In this document: positions 50,887-61,969 of the stretch, piece after piece
Numbering within the stretch: the first letter of the stretch is position 1
Layout: every line of letters begins with the position of its first letter
From: Leucoraja ocellata
Taxonomy: Eukaryota
Direction: 5' to 3'
Assembly: GCA_036785375.1 (NCBI GenBank)
Contig: JAWMAR010000013.1
Coordinates: 1,550,001-1,614,000 of the forward strand
DNA length: 64,000 nucleotides
Made by a program: the position numbers and the translations under genes
Notes under the pieces: generated by a model
What the model saw: only the letters and a program-made list of their open reading frames with translations
What the model was told of the DNA's origin: nothing
The model's database searches: none

Positions 50887-51438
50887 GTAGGTAAAGCCAG
50901 GTCCTATAGTAGCAGACATATTTGAAGCCCAAACTAAACCTAAATTAGGATACACATGATTGTGTGCCTCTCACTCCTCTACATTATTTTAAAAAATGTA
51001 TTCTCATTGGGGTGAGAGGCATCAACAAATACAAGATGGTGAACTCCCAGTGACAGGTATAAGTTGGCCATAACGTGAGGCCAAAACTCCCACTGTCTTG
51101 AAAGTGCAGCACAGCTTAATATACAGAGTAAAGCCTCCTTATGGTAGTCCCAGTTATAGAATCACACAGCATGGAAACAGGCCCTTTAGTCCAACTTGTC
51201 CATGCCCACCAAGATGCTCCATCTAAGCTAGTTCCATTTGCCAGAGTTTGGCCCGTATCCCTCGAAACCGTTCCTACCCATGTACCTGATTATGTGCCCT
51301 TTACATGCTGACCCATCAAACACACTTTAGGCTGTTACAGAACTGGTTAAGTGCAGGAGAAGTACTGTACAGCAACACATTGTGTGATTATCACCGAAAG
51401 ACTCGACTTCTATAACTGTTTCTTTCTCTTTTTTCCAG

Positions 51439-51540
51439 GGAGAACCACTAATATTAACGAGGCTGTACAGAGGAAGTTTCGCCAACTTGTTCTCGACAAC
51501 AACATCCCGGATATTTTAATTTACAAGTTCCCTGACTATG
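51439..51540 (+). CDS. C8G: C8G exon 5
   Basis: ttttccag|GG AGA...TAT G|gtcaga, 102 bp. GRTTNINEAVQRKFRQLVLDNNIPDILIYKFPDY. Confidence 0.94.
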
Positions 51541-53240
51541 GTCAGAATTATCCCAATGTCAGGACAGTCTTTTAAAGAAACTAGCTATATTTGTTCACTT
51601 GCAGAAGCAACAATGGGGAAACCTGGAGATACCCAGCAGTTCAGGTAGCATCTGTTGTAAGATAAACAGAACTGGAGAAGTTAAGGAATAACCAATTTCT
51701 GCAGCAGAGACACCATTGAATGCAGCATTGATTCACCTGGAATGGGTGTTTGATCCTGTATGGTGAGAAGGGGCGAGCTGAAAGGACAAGTGTTGTACCT
51801 ACACTTGCTTGGGATAGGGTGTTGTCCAAATTTTCCAACCTACCTCAATGCAGACATTGTGTTTTTTAAAGTCAGTGCTCTCTCTGAAACTGTAACAACA
51901 AAACACTTTCACAGTATTCTGTGCTCTGGTATTTTGCTCTTTGCACTACCAGTTCTACTTGTGTCTGGCTTGATTGGACTCATGTATAGAATGGTTTGAC
52001 TGAATAGCTCACAAAGAAAGCTTTTCACTGCACACTCGACAACAATAAACACATAAATCAAAAGGGAAGTGAGAAGGAGAGTAATTAGTGGAAATTGAAG
52101 AATGAATCAGGGAGCTGCAAGAAAGTTGGGAAATAGGAGGAGGGGACACGTGCGGAAGGGCTGGATGGTGTGGCTAGTGATGAAAGGTTGGTGGGTCAAT
52201 GGCACAGATAGTTGAGCTGCTGAGCGGCTGCCTAATAGCTGGGTTCTGATCTGCTTTGGTAGTTATTTAGGGTTGGACCAAGGCATGTGACAGGCATATT
52301 TTAGACGGTAGAAAAGCAATGGGTGCCAGGAGATCTCACCCTCCACCACAGAATCGTAGTTCTCATGAAGGGTGTTCAACTTGAAATGTTGACCGGTTTC
52401 TCTTTCCACAGATGCTACTACTGTACGTTCTTACAGCATTTCAGACTTTCCTCATTTGTTCTCCTTGCTTCTCCTATTTTAGTTTTCACCTCTCTGATCC
52501 CTTTGTAATCAGCCTCCTCCTCATTGGTGTTAATAACCCAACACAGGTCACACACAAACTTCCTGTGTGTCTATTTCACCATCCAAAGCGTTCTGGAGAT
52601 GTTTCTTTTCCTTTGCTTTTCATGGAAATCTATCACAACTGCACCTGAACCATCTCTTCCTTAAAGGCAGCCCTGCTAAGCCTGTCAACCTTGGTTGCTA
52701 TTCACCTGCCAGATCAACTCTGGTCCTGTTAAAAGTAGCCTTCCTCCAATTTCCGATGCTTATTGTGTTTTTCTCCTTCTGCTTTTCTATGGTTAACCTA
52801 AATCTTATCACCGTTTCCCTATATGTTCTCTCGCTAAAATGCACGGCACTTTACCCACCTCATTCCTCAGAAGTAGACCCCGCAATGCCCCCCTTCCTTG
52901 TTAGACTGGGAACATACTGCTTTGGAAAATTATCCTGGACACATTTGAGAACCTTCCTCACCACTTCATCATCCCATAATTTTTCATTTCACCTCTCCGT
53001 CACACTGGTCCTTCATATTCCTCTTCAATCCTGCTCATTGTTCTCCATCACCCCTTTATCCCAGCTCTCCTTGCCATTCCCCCTACAGCTCTTCCTTCCA
53101 TCCCACCCCCCTGCATCCCATTCTCTATATTCAACCTGCCACCAGTTGGTGTTGTGACATTCTTTGTGAATGGATTCTGATAAGCAGCTGACACCACCCG
53201 TGTGAGAGGTGTAATGTTGACTTTATGTACTCTTTTTCAG

Positions 53241-53276
53241 GGTTCTGTGAGACTGCCGATGAATTCCATCAACTCG
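53241..53276 (+). CDS. C8G: C8G exon 6
   Basis: tttttcag|GG TTC...CTC G|gtgagt, 36 bp. GFCETADEFHQL versus human GFCEAADQFHVL. Confidence 0.94.
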
Positions 53277-53989
53277 GTGAGTTACTGCATATTGTTGAAC
53301 AATGTTCCTCATCCTTTTACTACCAAATAAATCACATATGTTGCCAAATTCCACCTTCATTGGGCAGCTCAGTTCCATTTGGTCCTTTTTGTTCTTTAAG
53401 TATCCAAACTATTACTTTTCTTGGACAGATGTCCCCCAGAACTTTACAACCATTCACCCTTCCAAATTTCACAAATAACTAATCAAAAATTTGCAATAAA
53501 AGTTGCTCTTAGGGAATCTCTATTAAAAAAGTAAGTAATTCAACACAAAATATGTTTTTTGCAACTCGTGTTTCGGGACACATGCGTTGGGCTTTATGTT
53601 GCAGAAAATGGTGAGGTGGTCTGTTTTCTAGCAATGCTACATCTCCATAACACGGAGGTTGCCTATATCAGAATCTGCTGCTTCAGATTCTTGTGATCCT
53701 TTGCCTAACACGCATAATAATTAATTAATTTGTAGTTACTTCGGCAAATGTAGCAGATATTCCACCAGAACACAGAGATGTCCAGTCACACGACTGAGCA
53801 AGTAAGCTGGTTTTGCTGATGTTGGTTGAAGGAAGAATGTTAGTCCAGTAAACACTTTTGCTTTTGGTTTCCATTTCCACTTTGATATCTGGCATTTGTT
53901 CAGCCCCTTTGACACTTTATTCTCTTTCCAAATTCCACCGGGGAAAGGTTCCTCTAAGACTTTCTTTTGCTTTGAATTTACATTTCCTT

Positions 53990-54102
53990 AGTTTTATTCC
54001 TATATACATATTGGCAAATTCCTGGCAAGTTCATTTCACTTGCACTTTATGTGCAAGTGACGAATAAAACTGATATTGATATTGATTGATTGACATTGAT
54101 TG
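53990..54102 (+). mobile_element. LINE 3' terminus with stem-loop, AATAAA and a microsatellite tail
   Basis: 10-bp stem TCACTTGCAC/GTGCAAGTGA (54036-54060), then AATAAA and (ATTG/ATATTG)n. Confidence 0.6.
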
Positions 54103-54883
54103 CCCTTTCAGAGCTTTTTTTGAAGGGGATCCATCATCGCTCGATTTGTCTTATTCCACCACATTGCTGACCATAGTGCAATGAATTATTTTTTACAAAT
54201 TTACACGCAATCCTCCACTCATAAACAATCCTTAAGTTCCTTCTTGTTGCTCCTAATGTTGTTGTTTCTCAAAGTCATGATCATTATTCCTGCATGTCCA
54301 TGTTTGAATCACTCAGACAGCTTTATACCCAGCCTTAGCACAGAAATGTTTGTCTTCTCAAATTATCAATTCCATTTTTGTAAATTGTCGTAGTCTTTTT
54401 GTCAATGGTTATTGACAAATAATGTACTTCCACATTTACTTCCAAGCCATCCGTTTTTGCATAATTCCATCCCAAAATATTATCCAGCTGTCGCCAAAGA
54501 CTCACCTGCCATTACTCTTCATCCCACGCCCATTACCTCTCCATATGCCCCCATTATTTCTGATTTATTCTTCTGCATGTCTAACAACCAAGAGTCAAGA
54601 GTGTTTTATTGTCAAATGTCCCAGATAGAACAATGAAATAACACTCAGCAGCACAACAGAATATGTAAACAGAGTATACTGTAAATATTATAATAAACGA
54701 GAAAAATAGTTAGTGTGTGTATATGTACACATACTAACATATACATATACATTTAGCCCAGTAAACGAGTAAAACTACTAGTTATTGCGATAATAGCTGG
54801 GTGGTGCGGTGCCCCTAATTAACAACAATCCTCGTGGCATCGTTGTCTTCATTATTTTGAGTTGTGCCTTTTATATTCCACAG

Positions 54884-54906
54884 ATGATGATGTTGGATCC
54901 ATTTAA
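54884..54906 (+). CDS. C8G: C8G exon 7 (last coding exon)
   Basis: ttccacag|AT GAT GAT GTT GGA TCC ATT TAA, phase-compatible. The 7 exons total 609 nt (202 aa). A polyA signal follows ~75 bp later. Confidence 0.75.
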
Positions 54907-54975
54907 GCCAGAAGCATTGAGCCTTGCTCACTCTGCCCCTAAACTGATGGATGTGATCTAACATCCTGCTAATTG

Positions 54976-54985
54976 ATTAAATAAA
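54976..54985 (+). terminator. C8G polyadenylation signal
   Basis: Overlapping ATTAAA and AATAAA after the predicted stop. Confidence 0.7.
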
Positions 54986-55469
54986 CTTTAGGGTGCTATT
55001 AAATTCTGGCTGTCTTCTTTATTGTGGTCCCTTGCCATGTTTACAGAACACATGTCCCTTCCTGTCGTGTAAGGATGTCCTTTGGTCAAATTTCTTTGAC
55101 AATCTCTGTGTTTGACAATTCAACGCTCGGAGAAAGGAAGTTTGGCATCGGAATGCATTTTAGTCCTTTTTTCTAGACATGGGTTGGAGTGTTTGCTTCT
55201 GGCATGTTGGAGTTGCCTCTTCACCATATCTGATGTTGATGACCTCAAGTAAACCCTAAGGAAGATGGTGGAGCTTATGTCGCTCAACAGAGCAATGGAG
55301 CTGAGAGGAGCCCTAAGTACATGCTTCATCACTTACAGTTTTACCACCCGTAATATCCTCTTCCAATTGCAATACCTCTCTAAAGCTAGCATCTCACCTC
55401 TTCCAAATCAACCTCCACTTCTCCTTCCCCGGAAATGGACTGACCAACCAATGGACTTTTTACTAATCT

Positions 55470-56020
55470 GATTAAAAACATAAAATTGAAGGCTCTACCT
55501 GTATCTCGGAGTACTTAAGGAAGTAGCGTTAGTAATAATGGATGCATTGATAGTTATTTTCCAACATTCCTCAGACTCTGCATCAGAGATTTCACAGATT
55601 GGAACGCAGCTCATGCAATCCAAGCGTTTCAAATAGGAGGGAGAGAGAAAAACACGAGAACAGTAGACCTGTTGGCCTTAATAGAGGGAAGATACTTGAC
55701 ACCACTAGAAACAGTGATGGGATCCGGCAAAGGCAGCATGGATTTACGAAAGGGATATCATGCTTGAGAAATCTACAGGAAGAATTTTGAGAATGTATCT
55801 AGTCTAATGGATGGGGAGAACCAGTGGGGATGGTGTATTTGGATTTTCAGAAAGCTTCCAATAAGATTCCACAAAACAGCTCAGTGTGCAAAGTTAAAGC
55901 AGATGGGGCAGGCAGAAAGGTGTTGATATAGATGGGGATCTGGTCAGCCATCAGGAAGCAGAGTAGGAACAAACATGTCCTTTTCCGAGTAGTAGGCAGT
56001 GGGGTGCCCTGGAGATTTGT
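55470..56020 (+). mobile_element. CR1 LINE RT fragment
   Basis: Remnants RPVGL, QHGFTKGISCLRNL and VYLDFQKA. Confidence 0.8.
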
Positions 56021-57655
56021 GCTGGAACACAGAGTCACCCTCAACCATCACAGTGCGTTCAGCTGCGATTCCAAATGGGAACTGCCAGTCTCAGTGACCA
56101 GGCCACAGTCAGTCGTTGCAAAGTCAAGTTCACAAGTTGCTACCAGTTACACGGCTGCTGAAAGCCCAGGGTCACCTTAACCATCATGTGCACCCGCGAT
56201 TACTTCAGCACAAACCTGGTGTGGTCCCCACACAACACTGTTGCAGTGAATATTTCAATCTCATCGGTTTCCAGGCCACTGCTTCTTGCTGTACTTTGTT
56301 GCGCACTCTGACGGGCAATGTGGAGTTGTTCACGGCCATCTAATGTCAAGAGACAGTTCCATCGATTCTCTCACAGAGCTAGATGCCCATTCACTGGGCA
56401 CAACAGCACCGATGCTGACCTGCAGACCTACTCCTCCTATCGGAAGTAAATGACCGAGAGCTCAACGGCAGAGTGCGAAGCCTATAAGTCAAAGGAGACT
56501 GAGAGAGGAGGGATGTAAGGAGGAGACTTCTACATTAACATATCATGGCAGATTAATCGCATCTGCGCTGCCTCAGGTATAGACTGGTCAATACTCTGTC
56601 CACAGTGCAGTGTGGGAAGTGTGCAGTGACTGAGGCAAGGCAAACACTTGTCAACCACAACAGGCACATGGATGTTAGGGTTGGGGTTAAGATTGGGAGA
56701 GGCTGTTGTTAGGTGGGTGATGGGTTGGTATTTGAGCCAGTGATTGGGCTGATTGGCATGTGGTGGATAAAGGCTGAGGATGGGAAGAAGACAAAAGACT
56801 ATCTGACAAGGAGAGAGGTGGCATGAAATGTGAAGTCTGCAAAAGGGATGTAGGTGAAGGGACAGATGAAGGGAAAGGGAGGGCGGGATAATGGGATAAA
56901 TTAGTGCACATTTCCTTTTATCATTTAATTTCAAATTACCGTTTGCCCTTTGGCGCACAATGATTTGTGTGCAAGCATGCCCAAGATCCCTTGAACAATG
57001 ATCCTACCCAGTCCCACACCATTTAACAAATCCTCTGCTCTTGTTATGTGCACCAAAGTGGATGACTCCATGTTATGTATTTCACCTGCCATGATCACGC
57101 ACAATCATTATGTTATCCTAAAGACTCTTTATGTCTTTGTTGTACTTACGATCATGCCTGGTTTAATATGGTCAGCAAGATGGGTTTGATGGGAGAATAT
57201 AATGGTTTCTTGGACAAACCGCAACACAGCAGACTTCTCGGGCTCTTGCAGGGGGAGATCCCATTTACTCTCATAGTCTGACTGCCTTCATTTCTTATTT
57301 TGATCGCAGCTGTACTACTGAAGACCTGCCGCTGAGCTCACTGTACCTTCTGTTGGGCTACTCCAGTAATGTTGCACGTTGGGGCATCCACCCGACATTG
57401 TGGAAATTCCCTACTTGCTCACAGAAAAACAAGGTGTCTGTGGTGTACTTTATCACAGTTATGTACTTGGCCAGCAGTTGTAATGATGTTCTCATGGGTT
57501 TGTAGGAAGCTCCCTGCAGTCGATCACAGGGTATCACTGGATAGTGAGCACCCCATCAATCAGTCTCTCCACTGGAATCGATCGGCACCAAGGATGTGGG
57601 TCGGTACACGGTGAGGGAAAACCCTGAACCCATTCTCCATTACTCTGCTTCTGCA

Positions 57656-57925
57656 AGTTTTAGTTTTAGAGATACAGCGTGCAAACAGGCCCTTCGGCCC
57701 ACCGAGTCCGCACTGACCAATGATCACCCGCACACATGTTCTATCCTACACATCAGGGACAATTTAACGAAACCAGTTAACCTACTAACATGTACATGTT
57801 TGGAATGTGCGAGGAAACCCACGCGGTCACAGGGAGAATGTACAAACTCCGTACAGACAGCACCCTGCTCAAACAGGGTGAACCTAGGTCACTGGCGCTG
57901 TAAGGCAGCAACTCTACCGCTGGGC
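57656..57925 (-). mobile_element. V-type SINE
   Basis: Same family as 24224-24525 (tttagttttagagatacagcg tail on +). Confidence 0.75.
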
Positions 57926-59309
57926 TGCGAGCAGTTATTCATTTAAACTTTGCTTTTATGGATTGTTTTATTTCCCCTGCATGTGTTGTCAGAACTGATT
58001 TTGCTGCCGATCTGTTCCTGGGTCACATTCAGGGCAGCCCTTGATTGCAGTTTAAGTGAATTTCAAAATGATTGCTGGACTCTTCTCAACAAACACTGAA
58101 TTTTGATGTTCCATTTTCAGGTTTGTGCTCAAAGTCTTGTTTGTGATCCTTCTTTTTGAACGAATCATTAACCGATTGAGCACAAACCAGGAGTCAATGA
58201 CTTTCAACCACAGCAGCTGCCTGCTGTTCTCAGCATAGTTTGTGTTGATCACCAGGAGATCCTATCATGTTCACCCGGTTAATGACATGATAGCCCCTTG
58301 CAACCGGTTTTGTGTGAAGGACTGGGACTCTCACGTCCTTAAACCAAAGTGGATAACATAATGTACCATACCTTGCGGGCTGAATTATCCATTTTTCGAC
58401 CTCAGATTTTGCTGACCTGAGGTCAGGAGAGGGGAGAGGGGTGGAGGGAGTGCCCTGACACCTTCACAAGTAGGACTATCACTAAACTGACTAGCCCTCT
58501 CTGAGGAGTTTGTAGCCACCACATGGAATCCCTGTGTTTACAACCATTACCCTTACGTACTTGAGCCTAATGAATGACTGAACTTTCTTGGTCAGCTGAT
58601 GAAGCTTCAATTTGTAAGTATATAATCGATTTTTAACAGATTACTCCAGTTTTCAATGACAATGTGTCAATCCATTGCTTCAGGTCATTAGATCATAAAT
58701 GATGGGAGCAGAACTAGGCCATTCGGCCCATCAAGTCTACGCTGCCATTCTATCTTTGCTGATCTATATCTCCCTCCTAACACCATTCTCCTGCCTTCTC
58801 CCATAACCTCTGCCACTCGTACTAATTAGGAATCTATCTTCCTCTGCCATAAAAATATCCTCCACAGCCTTCTGATTACCTCTGCAAATTCACTTTGTTT
58901 CAAAATGCGATATTTGCAAGGAAATCACTTGCACATCTAACGTGTGAAAAGACTAATTCATCTACAAGAAAATCTCCCATTCATGCATTAATATGACATT
59001 CAGATGCTGATATTTGAGTATTGTTTGCCCAGATTCAATGGGTAAGGGCAGCTTTTATTCTGACTACACTGCGTGAAATACTTCACAATATGGTGCTCCA
59101 AGGAAGCACTGCTGAATGGAAATAATTGTATTAACACAGTGGGAAATCATACCATAGTCTACTGACAGTTATCAGAAAGTGAAGAATACATTTGAGATCG
59201 TGTTGTCAAACCCTGCATCTGCTCACAATAGAAGTTGAGTGAAGAGAAATATTTCACAACCTTTCTGAGGCAAAGAAATGTTGTGCATCGGAACCTCCTA
59301 GATTGTTCT

Positions 59310-61010
59310 TTGTTTTATTCATTTTCGGACCCGTCTATCACTGGCAAGGCCAGCATTTATTGTCCATCCTTAATTGACCTAGAGAGGATGTGTTGAATCA
59401 CCTTCTTGAACTGCTGGTGAAAATGTTCCTTGGGGAGGGAGTTCCTGGATGTAAGCACAGTGGTGATAAAGGACCAACAATGTATTTCCAATTCATGATA
59501 TTGTGTGTCTGAAAGGGGATCCTTCATCTGGTGGCCCAGCTGTTTCCATCTTTCTTGGGAATCTGATCACAAGTTTGGGAAGTGCTGTGGAGTAATCCAT
59601 CTTGGTGAGTAACCGCAGTGCATTTGTAGACAGTGCACACTGCAAGCTTGGAGCACCCGTGGTGGAGGGGATGAACGTGGTAACAATCAATGTAGCAGAT
59701 CTTTTCTCGATGGTGTCGAGCTTCTTGAAATTTGTTGGCGGTGTACACATGCAAATAGTTGGAAGGTATTGCATGGAGACACAAGGAACTGCAGATGCTG
59801 GAATCTTGAGTAAAACACAAAGTGCCGGAATAACTCAGCGGGACAGGCAGCATCTGTGGTGGGAATGGATTTGTCTGTAGAAGGGACCTGACATGCGACG
59901 TTGCCCACCTATTCTCTCCACAACTACTGCCTGATGCACTGAGTTATTCCAGTGCTTTGTGTCTTGCAGAACTGGAGATTGCTTGGACACTGAGGAGGTG
60001 AGTCAGTCTCTGCTGGGTACTCAGCCTCCGACCTGGTCTTGGAGTTGCAGATTTTATGTGGCTGTCTTACTGTGAATTTGTGTTTTCTAGTCAAGAGGCA
60101 ACACCCAGAGTATTGATGTTCTGGGACTTGGCCATGGTCCATCAAATGTCATGGGGAGTTGGTTGTTATAGGCACTTCTGTTGCATAAATGTTATTTGCC
60201 AGTCATCAACCCGCGCCTGCATATTGTCTTGTTCTCACTGCTTGAATGAATGGGCTGCTTCATTAGCTGACGAGTTCCCAATGTGCAATCATCAATCAAC
60301 GTCCTTACTTCTAACCTTATGATGGGTAGGAAGGTGATTGATGAAGCCGCTGAAGATGGATGGTCCAAGGACAGTGTCCTAAGGACCTCCTGCAGTGATG
60401 ACCGGGAATTGTGAAGATTGACCACCATTTCAGTCACCACAATCATCTTCCTTATTGTGAGGATTGAGTCCAACCTTTGGAGTGTTTTTGCTCTGATGCC
60501 CATTGACTGAAGCTTTCTCAGGGCACCTTGATCCCACACAGTCAAATGCCACCCGAATGTCAAGGACAGCCACTCTCACCTCACCTCTGGAATTCAGCAC
60601 TCTGCCAACATCTGGATGTGAAGAAGTCTGGAGCAGAGTAATCCTGGTGAAACCCAAACTGGGCAACAGTGAGCAGGTTATTGGCGACTGAGTGCAACAC
60701 TGTCAATGACGCCTTCCATCGAGGGCGGCCTGATTAGCTGTAGTTAGCCACGAGAGATTTGTCCAATTTTGGGAACAGGAACGGAACTGTCTGATTACCA
60801 ACTGTCTGATGACACAAAATACTGGAGTAACTCAGCGGGTCAGGCAGCATCTCTGGAGAGAAGGAATGGGTGACTACCAGCATTGCTGTCTGGTGAGCTG
60901 TTGCAATATCTAGCTTTTATCAGCATTTCTTGATATTACAATGGAGTGAATCAAAGTGACTGGAGAATGGCTTCTGCGATGGCATGCACCTCAGTAGGAA
61001 GCTGAGATGG
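59310..61010 (-). mobile_element. Old CR1/L2-group LINE remnant with nested Penelope-derived arms
   Basis: RT remnant GEVRVAVLDIRVAFD and ALRKLQSMGI on -. Inverted PLE arms at ~59775-59990 and an arm at ~60810-60875. Confidence 0.65.
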
Positions 61011-61699
61011 AATATTTATTTGACATTTGAATAGACATGAAACCGAGAGATATGGACCGTGTACAGGCATATGGAATTGGATTAGATTGTCATCATGGTA
61101 AACTGACACCATGGTGGATAAGATGCCCCTTCCGGTGCGATACTTTTCTACGTTCTATGATACTTATGGGTTTAACATAGTTGCAAATGCTTCAACCATT
61201 TCTTTAGCAATTTGGGGTCTGCCGTCATTGAGGGTGGGGATATTCTCAGAGTCTCCTTCTCCTGTTTAATTGATCACCACTATTCAATGCCTGTGAGGGA
61301 TTGTGCTGCCTGTAGCATGCTGTTTTTGTTGCTTATGCAATTAGTCCGTGTTACAGATTCACAATGCTGCACCTTAAGATTTTTCAGTGACACAAGAGAC
61401 TGCAGTCCTGATGCACAGTCGTGACCCGAAACATCGACTTTGCCTTTGCCTCCACAGATGTTGCCTAACCTGCCGAGTTCCTTCAGCTGGTTCATTCTTT
61501 TGGCTCCAGATTTTCCGGCGAGCTGGTGCTTCCTCCACTCCTTGTTGACCAAGGGTTGATCCTCTTATTCAATGAAGAGCAGTAATAATAAGCTAGTACC
61601 ACCTAATAACCCTGTACTCCCATTCATATTCCAAACAGACTCAGACCAGCTGAGCTACCCCCTCAAGGCTTCTGCTGGTTTCTCAATCATTCCATCAAG

Positions 61700-61760
61700 A
61701 TGGGATTAATGAATAACACAAAGAGTAAACAGTGAACCTTTTAGCAATCACTATTTAACA
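61700..61760 (+). promoter_or_regulatory. Liver-type promoter of the second lipocalin
   Basis: HNF1-like ATTAATGAATAAC 61705-61717; forkhead GTAAACA 61725-61731; HNF4-like TGAACCTT 61733-61740; C/EBP-like TTAGCAAT 61741-61748; TATA-like TATTTAA 61752-61758. Confidence 0.5.
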
Positions 61761-61842
61761 TACACTGGTATTGGGACATCGGCTGCCTGATAACTCTCAG
61801 CTGCTCTAAGTTACTGTCCTATTTTGGAACAAATCAAAGAAA

Positions 61843-61956
61843 ATGTGGTGTGCTTTGTTGCTGCTCTGTGCCGTGCAGTTGCTGGGGACTGGAACAGCTG
61901 TCCCAACGAAAGCAACTGCTGATTTTCAGCTTTTGGAAAACTTGAATGTAAATCAG
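61843..61956 (+). CDS. Exon 1 of a secreted lipocalin (alpha-1-microglobulin/AMBP-like or PTGDS/LCN-like); the rest probably lies beyond the window
   Basis: MWCALLLLCAVQLLGTGTAVPTKATADFQLLENLNVNQ|gtaatc, 114 bp, phase 0. It has a hydrophobic signal peptide and a QxxENxN ending like lipocalin exon 1 (AMBP IQVQENFNISR), and lies downstream of C8G. Confidence 0.7.
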
Positions 61957-61969
61957 GTAATCCATGTCA

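Larger units (their letters stand above)
55018..58416 (-). other. Candidate spliced minus-strand gene tail (unknown protein, or divergent/decayed lipocalin)
   Basis: GT-AG exon-like blocks 58372-58416, 56420-56481, 56216-56339 and 55120-55255 join in one open frame. AATAAA on - at 55018-55023. I cannot assign a family with confidence. Confidence 0.3.

Noticed and set aside
52567-53157. 196-aa ORF
   Set aside because: It is the antisense of a decayed CR1-like fragment plus pyrimidine-rich low-complexity sequence within C8G intron 5.
57507-57611. Plus-strand exon-like block (gtttgtag|...|gtgagg), open in two frames
   Set aside because: The peptide is not recognisable and I found no compatible neighbouring exons.
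58412-58426. CTGACCTGAGGTCAG as an FXR-type IR1 element
   Set aside because: The half-sites are everted (TGACCT-n-AGGTCA), not IR1. It is a single short motif that overlaps a candidate splice acceptor.
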